Program-made: the position numbers and the translations under genes | Part shown: positions 11,774 through 23,280 of the stretch, in pieces | Position numbering within the stretch: the first letter of the stretch is position 1 | Layout: every line of letters begins with the position of its first letter | The notes under the pieces: model-generated | What the model was told of the DNA's origin: nothing | The model's database searches: none | The model's input: only the letters and a program-made list of their open reading frames with translations | Source: Cyanophora paradoxa CCMP329 | Lineage: Eukaryota; Plantae; Glaucophyta | Reading direction: 5' to 3' | Assembly: GCA_004431415.1 (NCBI GenBank) | Contig: QPMI01000010.1 | Location: forward strand, 1 to 64,000 | Length of the DNA stretch: 64,000 bases

Positions 11774-11907
11774 AGGTCACATTTTTCTCCCATTTTGACT
11801 CGAGATTCTGACCAAGTCCAAATCCGGGCCCGGGATTCGAACCCTCGTTTTCGGTCGATTTCACGCGTGAAAACGGCACTTTTCGGCCTTTTCCGATTTT
11901 TCCTTTC

Positions 11908-12018
11908 TCGCGATCGCAGAAATGCCCCCGATCTCGAAATCGCGATCGAAAAGGGTCGCGATCGGGAGAAAGTCGCGATCACCAGGGTCGCGATCGGGTC
12001 GCGATCGCCGCGATCGCC
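11908..12018. repeat. Cluster of TCGCGATCG-type motifs near the putative element end
   Basis: About seven (T)CGCGATC(G) copies in ~110 bp. Confidence 0.8.
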
Positions 12019-12554
12019 AGCCTCGGAGGGGGTACCCCCACAGCTGTTGCGGCGGTTATAAGAACCTCCGCAATCCAAGCGTCACTTCCGAGTCTCGAGC
12101 TCTCGGAGTTGACTTTTCGCGTTTGGCCCATTGATGGCCCTCGTATATAGTACTGCAGCTGCCGCAGTACTAGTGCACTGCGGCGGCCGCCGGCCGCGGG
12201 CAGCGCGCGCACGTGCACGCCGTGACGCGCAGACTCTGAGACTTGAGATCTAGACGCCGAGTCGTCGCCGACACTGTGACAGACTCTGAGACTTGCGCAT
12301 GCGTATGCTGTACATGAACATGTGTCGCCGAGCTCGAGTTCGGCCCGCGCCGGCGGCCGCCAGCGCCGGCGGCCGGCCCCGGCGGCCCGTCATCGAATTC
12401 GAATTAATATTCGAAGGGGTACGTACGTATACAGCGCAGCCGGCGCGGGTATACGTAATCGTAGCCCTCGGATCAAATTTGGCGAGCTGCTTCTATGCGT
12501 AGCGAAGGATGCGGCACGTAGCACTTAGCTAGCAGCTTTGGACAGCCCCCGAAG

Positions 12555-15500
12555 ATGGCGGACTTCGATCCAGAACTCGGCCCGACATACAAGCTGGTGC
12601 TTGGGCCGCTTATCTTCGTGCTCACGTGGTGCGAGGCGAGGCTGACGCTCGCTGGACTCGCCGCGCGGCGCCCGCGCCGCCTGGGCACCCGCGCGAAGAG
12701 CGACGTGGCTCGCACGCCGCACCCGCTCCCCCTGACCTCTCCGGCGCCAGGCTCCTCATCACGGCGAACAGAGTGCCGTTTCTGCCCATCGGAAGACCAG
12801 CCGGGGCCCTGCTGGGTGCGCCCTGCGGTATGCGCGGTTCACGCGCGCGGCTCGAGCTCCCCTGAGGGAAGCGCGGCGCCGTTCCGTCGGCAGGCGCGCT
12901 GCTCATGGTCGTCTGCACGATCATATCCGTCGAAGAAGCGTACGCGGCGGTCGACGGGTGCGCACACCGCCTTAGGATGCCCTCGCCGTTCTCCATCCAT
13001 CTCCGCTGCCGACGCCGGCGACGCCGCCGCGCCGCGACCGCGCCCGCAGGAACACTATCGCTCTGCTCTTCGGAATGATGGCGCGCAAAAGCAGCAGCAC
13101 CAGAAGCCCCCCGCTTTCTCCCCGCCTTCGCCCCATCGAATTCGAATTCGAATCCGAATTCGATCGCAGGTGATCACGGCGCGGCTGGAGAAGGAGGGTC
13201 TCTTCGACTACTTAGCACACCACATGCTCCGCGGCTGTTCGAACGGGTGGACGCTCCTGTGGCGCATCTCCCTCGCCGCCGCCTTCCTTGGTACCCCCCC
13301 GCAGCCGCCCATGTACCCCTTCCCTCACGGCCCCCTCAGCCGCCTTCCTCACCAACGACACCGTAAGCGCGTCTGCGTGTACCCCCCTCCCCTCGCGCCC
13401 CGCCGACCGGTACCCGGAACCAGACTTGTGTCTTCATGACCGCTATGGTGGTTGCGGGTACCCCCCTCCCACTCCCCCTCCGCTGCCCGGCCCGCTCCGC
13501 CTGACCTACCTCCCTCGGTTTGCTCGCACCCCCCGCAGCCTGCAAAATGGCCAAGGTTCTTCCTAGTAGGACGATGCCGTACCCCGGCTCCTGCCTGAGG
13601 GTACCCCCGCAGGTCCCCATGGGCCCTTTCCTCATCTGCCTCGCTACCTCCGCCAACATCGGATCCGCCTGCACGGTCCGCGCGCTGCGTACCCCCCGCG
13701 CCCTTCTCCCCCTGACCCCCCCGTCCGCAGCCCACCGGCAATCCCCAGAACATGTCCGCCCGCCCGCCCGCCTCGCCCCCCGACCCGAATCCGCGTACCC
13801 CCGATCGATTCAATCCCCCCGTTTCCCCGCCCAGGATCATCCATTCCTTCTCTAAACTTCCCTTTCTCGGATTCGTATCCCGGATCGGCCTCGCTACCCT
13901 CCTCGGCCTCTCCGTCCGCGTGCCCCTGACCGCGGATTTGATGAACCCCGCGCCGATTCGCCCCCTCCCCCCCCAGGTCAACCTCGGTGTCCTTTTCCTC
14001 ACCTACCGGTACCCCCCCTCCCCTCCCCCCCCTTCCTCTCTTCTCCTGAGCTTCGAGGCCGGCAGGGAGGTGCTTTTGAGGCCCTTCGCCGCCGGGGTAC
14101 GTGAGCTTTTTTCGGGGGGGGAGGGGGGGGGGTTACACCCACGGCCGCTCTCGGGTCCGCCTCGATTATCGGTCGCGCAGCCGGGGGGCGGCCACGGGGA
14201 GCCCCGGCGCGGGCGCGGCGGCAAGCTGCTCGACGAGGCGCGTACCCCCTCCCTGTTCGTAGAACCGTACCCCCTAAACGACAGCGCAGAACGGAATGTT
14301 TGAGTATCGGACGCACGGAACGGAGTCTGGAGCCGGGGCGGCGGCGGCGGCGGCGGGCGGGGTAGAGGGTACCCCCCGCATCGACGTCGAGGCCCCGGAG
14401 GGGGTCGCGGGGCCGGCAGGGCCCCCGGGGGGTAGGGGCGCCGAGCTGGAGGAGAGGTGGGGCGGGGGCCTCGCCCCGCCGGCCTTGCCCGCCCCCTCAG
14501 CCTCGCCGGCGGGCACGCCTGTACCCCCCGCGCTCTCGACCCTCGAGCTGCTGCGCGCCACGCCGCGGCCCGTCCTCCTGCGCCGCTTCGCCATCGTCCT
14601 CGTGCGCCGTACCCCTCTCTTTCTCATTCCCCCCGTTCAAGCTCCGGGGGGACGCCAGATCATCCTGGGGGTAGTGATTGCGTTCCTGGCTGGCGCGCAC
14701 CTCTCGTGGACCGCCATCGCGGGGGGTACGCGCGCCCTTCCCGGCCTGTACCCCCCCTTTGGCCTGAGCTCCCGTACCCCCAGCTTGGGCCCTCATCGTC
14801 CTGGATTTTCGGGACCCCGCCCCCCTCTTCGAGCTCGTGGACTGGCCCGTACCCCCCTCCTCATCCGCCCTCCCCCGAACATCTCTTACCCGCCCACAGG
14901 TCCCTTCTCATGTTCTTCTGCGGACTCTTTATCGTCGTGCGCACCCATACCCCCTCCCCCGCTCCCCCCCTCCCCCCGCCAACTTAGCTCTGGGTACAGG
15001 TTCGCGGCTTCAGCGCGACGGGTATCCCCGTAGCCCTCTGGGACGACCTCCTACCCCTCGTCTCCCTCAGGTCCGCTTCGTACCCCCTTCTAGTGCCTCC
15101 GATAATTCTGTACACCCGCAGCACCGCGCGGGGCCTTTTCGTCTATACCCTCATCCTCCTCGTGGTCCGAAGAGTCTACCTTCGCCTCGTTCCTTCGCAC
15201 CGTACCCCCCAGCCTCACCTCCGCTTTCACTTTCGACGCAGGCGTCGAATGTCGTATCGAACGTCCCGACGGTCCTCATCGTAGCACCCCTCATGTCCTC
15301 CTTCCAGGCGCCTCCGTACCCCCCTACCCCTCGATTCTTCCCCTGTACCCCCCTCGTGCTCACTTCGCTTCCCTCCCCGCAGGCGTACGCCACGCGCGGG
15401 TGGTACCAGATGGCGTTCATCACGGTACCCGGCGGCGCCCCGGCTTGGCTCGGCCGGCTCTAGACTCACCTGTACCCCGCCGTAGACGGTCGCCGGGAAC

Positions 15501-15837
15501 TTTACTCTAATCGGTGCGGCGAGGCGCCTCCCCGGGGGGAGAGGGGGGGGGGGGGGGGAGTGCCTCCGCCGCAAGCCGTCCTCGCGCCCGCCCGCACCCG
15601 TACCCCCGTCTCACTTGCACTTACCCCCCTGCAGGCTCCGTGGCGAACATCATCGTCGCCCAGCGCGCCAAGGACCACTACGTCCTGGGCTTCTGGTGCC
15701 CCCGTACCCCCTTCTCCCTTCCCCTACCCCCCCCCCTAACTCCCCCCCCTCCCCGAAGGGAGTACCTGCGTGTGGGGCTCCCCTCGACGGCCCTCGCGCT
15801 GCTCCTCGGCGTCCTGGCCATCTCCCTCGTCACGTAG
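12555..15837 (+). CDS. ArsB/NhaD (CitMHS) family permease, Lsi2 silicon-efflux-transporter-like; multi-exon
   Basis: Exons encode VPFLPIGRPAGALLG, EEAYAAVD, LLFGMM, AFLTNDT, PFLICLATSANIGSACT, LLMFFCGLFIVV, RGFSATGIPVALWD, SNVVSNVPTVL, TVAGNFTLIG-SVANIIV and YLRVGLPST, colinear with plant Lsi2. Confidence 0.9.
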
Positions 15838-16529
15838 TACCCCCTTCTCCATCTCCCCTTGGGGTTGTACCCACACGCGCGCACGTTAATCGATGTAAAC
15901 GATACGAAATTATCGATTAATGGAATACCCCGGCCGGCGCCGCGGGCGCCGGGGCCCTCTGGACCGCCGCGGAGCTCGCGGCGCGGGGCGTCCTTGCAAT
16001 CGCATTCTCCCTGGTTGCGTAGGGCCCGGCGCGGCGTCGACCGAGAGCATGTTCTCGTCCTCTTTGGTTGCATGCGGCGCGCACCGCGCCTCACTGAGTC
16101 ACGCGCGCGACGGCTGCGACCGGTGCCAAGCGCTAGCGCAGGAGCACCGGTGCCGTCACTTCGCCCCCTCCACTTCTAGCCTACGTATACCTCTTATATA
16201 GCTAGCTCTTCTATTCTGGCCTCTTCTTCTATCCTACCTAGCTCGAGAACAGCTCGCGCGCCTGGCCAGCCCCGGAGACGGCTCGACGTCGACCAAAAGC
16301 ATGTTCTCGTCCTCACATCTCAAGGGCGCGGGGCGCGGCGCCGTATACGTAAACTTGAAATGCACATGGGCGCCGGGTTAAGCTTTATTCTTAAAGATTC
16401 AGTCGTATATATAATAAACCCAGGATCAGCTTTGATCAGCTCTCGAATCAACGAGCCCTGCTGCAGCGCTAGCTTTGGTCAGCCGCTGAGCCTGCAGCTT
16501 TCGCCGAGTCGACGTCGAATTCCGAGTAC

Positions 16530-16895
16530 AATGATCATGATCGCCAACGCCAACGATCATGATCATGATCATGATCATGGGGTGGATCATCGCCAACGAT
16601 CATGATCATGGGGGGCGGCAGAACAGTAGGACTCCGGGAGAGGCGAAACGTAGGAGACCACTAGAAGGGGGAGTCGACAATGATCATGACCATGATCGCC
16701 AACGATAATATTAATGATCATGATCATGATCATGGGGTGGCAGGTGCGGAGGGCCGCGATCGACATCGAGCACATAGGAGTCTGGCAGGTCGTGGATCTA
16801 GATCTAGATCTAGATCTAGGCGGGCGCCCTGCTGCAGTTTTGATCATGATCAGCTCAATATATAGCCAGCCTGGCAGGCTACACGATCTAGATCT
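16530..16895. repeat. Degenerate (GATCAT)n / (GATCTA)n palindromic microsatellite region
   Basis: Runs such as gatcatgatcatgatcatgatcatg and gatctagatctagatctagatctag, plus a duplicated atgatcgccaacg...catggggtgg block. Confidence 0.85.
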
Positions 16896-17006
16896 AGACG
16901 GGTGCCGGGTCGGGCGGGCCGCCCGGGCTCGCCGGCCACGTCAATGCTTCCAGGACCTCCGGATCCGGATCCAAGTGGAGGTCGGTACCCGTGTCCAGAT
17001 CGATAT

Positions 17007-20000
17007 CTAGAGGGGGGCTTGGAGGCACCGGCACCTCCGCGCCGGCGGAGGGCTCGGAGGGAAAGCTGAAGGGACGGGGGGCGACCGCGGGGGGCGCCGG
17101 CGCGGCGGCTCCGGATCCAGATCCGCGCGGGCGGGGCGCGAGGGCCGGCAGCGGCCGGCCGTGGCTGCCGGGCGGCGGCCTCGGGGCGGCGGGGTCGGGG
17201 CGCCTTTTTCTTCCGCACGATGCGGGGGGTAGCTGGACGTTGAGGGACGGAAGGGGGGTACGCTGGACGCAGGCGGAGAGGGCGAGGGCGCGATGGAGCG
17301 CAGCTGCAGCGGCGCGGGCGCGGGGGCCGGGGCGAGCTCGAGCTCGAGGGGCCGGCGCCGGATCCGGAGACGAGCGGTGCCCGATGCGGCGGCGCCGACG
17401 CCGACGCCGGCGCCGGCGCCGGCGCCGGCGGCGGGGGGGCAGAGCTGGCGGCGCCCGACGCGCGCAGCGGGCGCCGCCCCAGCGGCGGGGGGGCGGACTC
17501 GTCTGGATCTTCCTCCCCCGGGGTAAGGGTACCCGTCCGCGGCCGCGCGCGGGGTTTCGGCTCGAGAGGCGGGAACAGAGCCTGCCAGGCCATGCACGCG
17601 GCCATAAGCCAAGGTCAACGCGGTGGAAAGCAAGTACGGAGTTCGCGGGTTCGAATCCGGACCTCGGGGGAGGCGTCGATGATCGGGTCGTCGCCGTTGC
17701 CGAGCGAGAGGCTCTCGAACCGAATCCCGACCTCCAGAGTCGCTCGCATCACCTCCTCCGCCTGGGGCCGGGCCGGGCCGGGGGTGCGCCTTTATGATCA
17801 GCCGAAAGAACGGGAAAGAACGGGCCGGGGACAAATCGAATTCGAAGGGGGTGGCAGGGCGGGCGGCGCGGGCCTGGCGAAGGGCAGCAGCGTTGGGCCG
17901 CTTGAGGGCTCTGATCACCTGGCCCCTGCCCAACAGATACACCCTCTCCGGCTGTAGGCCCCGCGACAGCTCTTCATTCGGTTTCCCCACCTGGACCCCT
18001 CTGAGCGGGGCGGGGCGGGGCGGGGTTGGGAAGAGATGGGAGAAACTTGTATCCGTACCCCAAGGGTGCGGAAGTAGACGTCGTGGGGGGAGGAGCCGCG
18101 GCCGGGTGCAGGCGTCGGGGAGGGGGGGGGAGGGGGGAAGGCGATGAGAGCCGCATACGGGGGTACATCCACACGGGCGCCATCGTCGAGCCAGTCCGGG
18201 TCGGGCTGGCGCGCCCCGTCCCCGTCCCCTTCGCCGTACCCCCCATCTTCCTCAGGTGAGCCGACGCGCTCGCAGTCCTCAAGGGCTGCCGAGCTCCAGC
18301 GGAGGGGCGCCGCGGCCGATCCGGAGGCGAAGCGCGGCGCGAAGCTTAAGCTCCCGGGGGCCTTCCGAAGCGGCAGCGCCGCCGCCTCCGCTCCCATCTG
18401 CCGGCCCCGCGCGCGCGCGCGTGCCGCATGCAATGAGCCTGCGAACAGGCACCGCGCCGAAGGGAAGCTGGGCGGGGGGGGGGTACGTCAACTCACGGCC
18501 GCGTAGGTGCTGATGGCGAGACGCTTCGCCCGAAGCACCGTTTTCACAAACACGCGGCCCACAATCTGGGTGGTCACTAGCGGCGGTGCGGGGACGTTCA
18601 CGGTATTGATCAGAGCGCAGATCTAGAAAGCATATGGTACGGGGAATACAGCGCACGCCAGTCCGGCATCCAGTTACTATAGCGGCGCTCGTAGAATTGA
18701 AGCGTCAGCCTGCACGCTCAGGAGTTTTACGTTCAGGTAGTCTTGGAGAGCAGTGGCGCATTTCGAATTAAATTCAAATTCAAGTCTGCACCGGCACTGG
18801 CCGTGGTGGCCCGGAATCGACCCGAGCTCCGGCCGCGCCACGTGCACGCGCCACATGATTAGCGCGTGCATTTTGTCCCTGTACCCCCGGGAAGTCCTGT
18901 GGGGACCATCACGTTTCATCTCGGGTGGGGGTAGGGGGGAGGGAAAGGGGCGCTTAAAGGCGGTTGGGGCCGGGGGCCGGGGGCCGGGGGGCCGGGGGGG
19001 GGGGGGGGGGGTGGGGGGGCGGAAGGGAGGAGGGGGGAAGACGGCCCGAGAGAGACGGCCGAGAGAGACGGGGGAGGGGGGGGGCCGGGGGGAGAGGGGG
19101 GGTGGGGGTGGGTTGGGCTCACCAGGCGTTGTTTTCGTCCAGGTCGCCCGCAACGAGAACGGAGAGGGCCGACCCGTCGGCGAGCCTGCGGGGGTGCGAT
19201 CGCGAGTCGCGATCGCGAGGGGGGGTACGGCAGAGGCGCGGCAGGGGACGCGGCGTGACGCGCCTTCGGCACGCGAAGATTCGCATAGTTTCAACCCGAG
19301 CACCTGCGCATGCCGGAAGCAGATCAAGCGTCGGGACGGCCGCGGGCGGCGCGCGCCCCTCGAGCACGAGCTCGGCCCGGCGCGCGCAGGCTGAGATGGC
19401 TCGAGCTGGGCCTGGCCTGGCCTGGCGCCGGCCATCAATTCGCAGGCGGGGAATCGAACCCGCACCGAAGACGTGGGAGACGTGACGGAGGCCCACGGTG
19501 CAGCCAAGGCCGTCTTCGTCCCGTGGATCCCTCGGCTCCAGCAGCGCCACCGGGTCCTCGCTCACGCAAGCGTCGCTGACATGCTGCCGCGCCAGCGCAT
19601 GAGAAATCACACGTACGAAACAATAAACATCGCAGGCGCGCGCGCGCGCGCGCGCCTTTGACGTGTGGCGGGCGATGAGCATCCGTGCCGCCGGCCCGGG
19701 CGGGATCGAATCCAGATCCAGTTCGACGCGGTAAAGGTAGTGCAGCTTGTCCAGCCGCCTGCAGATCCGGGAGAGCGATCAGCGTCGTCGTTAGAGCAGC
19801 GCGCGCGCGCTGCGGGACGTGCAAGCGAGAGAGGCGGGCGGGGAGGGCGGTAGGATATAGGCGAGGGAATCAGGTCCCTCGCGGGTGTGGCGGACCGGAG
19901 GCGCTAGGCGTGCTTCCGTTCAAGAAGCGGCGGCGTCCCCCGTTCGCGGGACGTGCAAGCGAGAGAGGCGTTCGCGGGCGGGGAGGGCGGCGCATGCGCA

Positions 20001-20504
20001 TGCGCACTTGCACTCTACGCGCGTGTCCGCGTGCCTGCGTTTGCATGCGGATGCACATGGTGTCAGGATCAAGATCAAGATCATCGATTTCTATAGAACG
20101 ACGTCGACTTCGACCGGCGCGGCCGGCGGGACGGAAACTTGCAATTGGGCGCTCCGCGGCGCCGGCGCGCGCGCGCTGCAGCTGCGCACCGCAGGAGCAG
20201 CCTCAAGTCCTCCGATTTGACGGCGAGCAGCTGCAAGGCGTCATCAATCGTCTGCGTATGTGTGCGCGGGGCAGGTGTCAGTGAGCATATGCATGACGCG
20301 TACGGGCGCGCTTGCATATGCGGCTCGGGCGGGGCCGGGGCGCGGCAGGCGCGGGCCCCGCGGCCGGGGCGCGCGTCGCGGGGGCGGGCGGGCGGCCGCG
20401 GGACGGGCCTCGAGCAGGTCGGTCTTGTTGAGAGGGGCCAGCGGGACTCCCTCGAAGGAAGGCAGCGGACCGAACACGGTTGCGGACGCCTCCTTCGCTG
20501 GCAT
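17007..20504 (-). CDS. Putative multi-exon gene of unknown function
   Basis: Protein-like segments on the minus strand bounded by plausible splice sites (MPAKEASATVFGPLPSFEG..., TIDDALQLLAVKSEDL, VLVAGDLDENNAW, ALQDYLNVKLL). No recognisable domain. Confidence 0.35.
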
Positions 20505-21289
20505 CGAGCCGCGGCCGCCCGAAACGCCCCGCCGCCGCCGCCGCTTCTAACTAGTAAGTCTCAACGGACTCGGTCCGACGTCGACGCGCGCGAAAGGTCC
20601 CAAGCTAAAGGCCTCATGATCTCGGTCCGAAGGCTGCCGCAGTTCTGCAAAGTGCAACTAGTAACTAGTAGCTAGGCCATATAGGCGGATACTATAGCTA
20701 GTATGTCGCCGATCGGCGATGTCGTCGGCGCCGACTCCGCCGAGTCGACGGGCCACGGGCCACGGCGGCCGCGGGGGTATACGTACGATTATGATCATGA
20801 CGTGACGCGGGCCGGGCCCGGCCGGCCGCGGTCGCGGATCCGGAAATTCGACCGGAATCGGCGCGGATTGCAAATCTGCAATTAACGTTCCGAGTAAGTT
20901 CAACAATTAAGTACGCCTCATGATCAGCCTCCATGCACGTCGTCTTGTTGTTCCTCTTCCTCTCCGCTTGTTAGTGATGTCGGTCCCTCCGATAACAGTA
21001 GTACAATGAACTATAGTACCTTTTCACCACAGTACCAGGCCAGGCTGGGAAATTGCAACTCTGCGGCCGACGCTTACCTTTTGCTGCCAAATTTGACATT
21101 TGCGACCTGCGAACTACGGCTGGTCTGAGCTTGGAGAAGCAAAAAAATGCCACTGGAAACCTTGCCCAATGTTGTAATTGTCTCTTTCATTTGTTGAGTA
21201 GTAAAAAAACAAGCGGTTCCAGCCCGCGTAGTACTGTGGTTTCGTGTACCCATGGGACCCTTTCGCTGGCGGAAACCGCCAATCGTTTA

Positions 21290-21455
21290 CTACAGCGAGT
21301 CGAGTCAAAAAGCTTCAGTCTGAAACTCGGGCGATTTGGTGATTGGACAATTAAACTTAAACCGGCCGGGTACGTTAAAATTGCTCACTACGGCGAGTCG
21401 AGTCAAAAAGCCCCAGTCGGAAACTCGAGCGATTTCGTGATTGGACAATTTAAAT
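21290..21455 (+). repeat. ~66-bp imperfect direct repeat in an AT-richer island
   Basis: ctac(a/g)gcgagtcgagtcaaaaagc...aaactcg(g/a)gcgattt(g/c)gtgattggacaatt at ~21290 and ~21388. Confidence 0.85.
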
Positions 21456-22543
21456 CCATGGAGTTATATATATATATAGCTCACAGCTCGTTTTTTTTAC
21501 CGGTCGACCCAAGTTCACCCACTGGGCCAACACGGCTGAAAACCGGTTAAAATGAAATCGCTCTTCGGCTATTGGGTTGGCTGGGACCGGTCTACCACTA
21601 ATCTACCCGATAGCTTGCCGGCTACACGCTGACGTAGGCGCATGCGCGCACAGCGCTAGCCGGCTCGAAGCGGGTGAAAAGTTATCGCGATCGCCGGCTG
21701 CCCTTGCCCATACAACGGGCATGTCGAGTCGATTGGGAAAAATACGAGCTGTGCTGTACGGTCTGTACCCAGCTATCAAGCGGGGGGGGTGCGGGGGGGG
21801 CGGAGCCCCCCCTGCTTGTTTTAATGGTATTTCTAGCTCTAGCTCTTCTTCGTGTCTGTCATCTTCTGTCTCTAGCTTTAGATCTGCTCGGTCTGGTTTA
21901 CTTCTCGTCTAGATCTCTTCTCGATCTGTCTCGAACTCTGTGTCTTTCCTTGTTTATTTTCGATTTTGGCTCTTTGTCTTGTCTTTCTTCGTACTTTTGT
22001 CTTAGTTCCTTTGCTTTTTGTCCCTGTGCCCCCTGGGCAGCCCCCGCAGTGCTGGTGTCTAGAGACTGTGGCCGGTAATTCACCAAAAAAAAAAGTACGT
22101 ATCGGCCCGGTTCGGCCGGCGCGCGGCCCGGCGGCCGCGGGCCGCGGCCCGCGGGCCGGCGCCGGCCCGGCCGGCGGGCCGGCGGGCCGGCGGCCGGGCG
22201 GCCCGGCGGCCGGGCGGCCCGGCGTCGCCGGCGCCAGCCCGGCCCGGCGGCGGCGATCATGATCATATCATTCTGCAGCTGCAATGCCCGTACGTGCTGG
22301 CACGGTGCTGCGAGATCAAGACACTCCTGCCGATCCGCACCACTCCGGCCCCCGCGGCCGCGTCTTCGGCCACCCCCCGGCCCCGCGGCCGGCTTCGGCC
22401 TCCCCCCCGGTCTCGGCCACCCCCTCTGCCCCACGCCAGCCCCCCAACCCGCTCGACCCCTCGCCGCCGCGGCCGCCCGCCTCGCCCTCGCTCTCCCCGC
22501 CTCCGAATCCTGCGCGAGCCGCCCCCCCCCCCCCCCCCCCACC

Positions 22544-22635
22544 CCAACTTAGCTCTGGGTACAGGTGCGCGGCTTCAGCGCGACAGGTATCCCCGTAGCC
22601 CTCTGGGACGACCTCCTACCCCTCGTCTCCCTTAG
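22544..22635 (+). repeat. Copy of an acceptor-plus-exon fragment of the Lsi2-like gene (source 14979-15070)
   Basis: 92 bp with three mismatches. Confidence 0.9.
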
Positions 22636-23280
22636 CCCTCGCTCTCCCCGCCTCCTGCTCGAGCTCTGCGCATGCCATCCACTCCGTCATTCCCGCGCCT
22701 CTCCCCGCTCCGCCCCGGATCCGGATCCGCTGTTCCCCCTCTAGATCTGTTGCCGCCTCCGATCCGCTTACTCCCTCTCCTTCTTCCTCTCCGCCCGGCC
22801 CCCCTACCGCCTCCTCGCCTCCTCGCCTCGAGCTCAGGGCCTGCACCCCAGGACACGGACCCCGAGGCTCCTCCACCGCGAGCAGCAGCGGCGCCGGAAT
22901 CTCCCTGCCTCAGGGCCTGCAGGACTCTCCTGGTGCGCTGGGTTAGATGCACTCGATGTAGCTTCTTATGCCATGATGAAAGCTAACAAGCCAACAAACT
23001 TGAAATAGTCACAAAAGCTAACAGAAGCCGACAGTATATAATAAAGCTAACAATTGCAAAAGCTAATTATTACCAGCTTCTCGTGAACAGGTAACAACAG
23101 CGTGTAACCGCCGCTAAAGCTGGCGAATATTAATATGAATATTTGCTTCTAATTAGCGCTAACGAAGATGCCATGAATCGAACGTTGACCTGAGCTCCCT
23201 ACTAACTATAATAATATAGGCTCTCAGCAACGAACTCTTTAGATCTATAGCTAGATCTAATTTCTAGAAACTGGAGATCT

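Larger units (their letters stand above)
1..12130. mobile_element. Endogenous DNA virus-like element (Polinton-like/virophage-grade or unclassified), left part outside the window
   Basis: Intronless ORFs separated by ~20-40 bp, lower GC than the flanks, and virus-typical domains (S74 chaperone fibre, fibre repeats, FN3/Gly-rich, HNH). Abrupt switch to intron-rich host sequence at ~12.13 kb. No polymerase, packaging ATPase or integrase lies inside the window, so the family is unassigned. Confidence 0.75.

Noticed and set aside
1-12130. Bacterial prophage or contractile injection system
   Set aside because: No terminase, portal, sheath or baseplate motifs are recognised and no consistent Shine-Dalgarno sites are seen. 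It is retained only as a contamination alternative.
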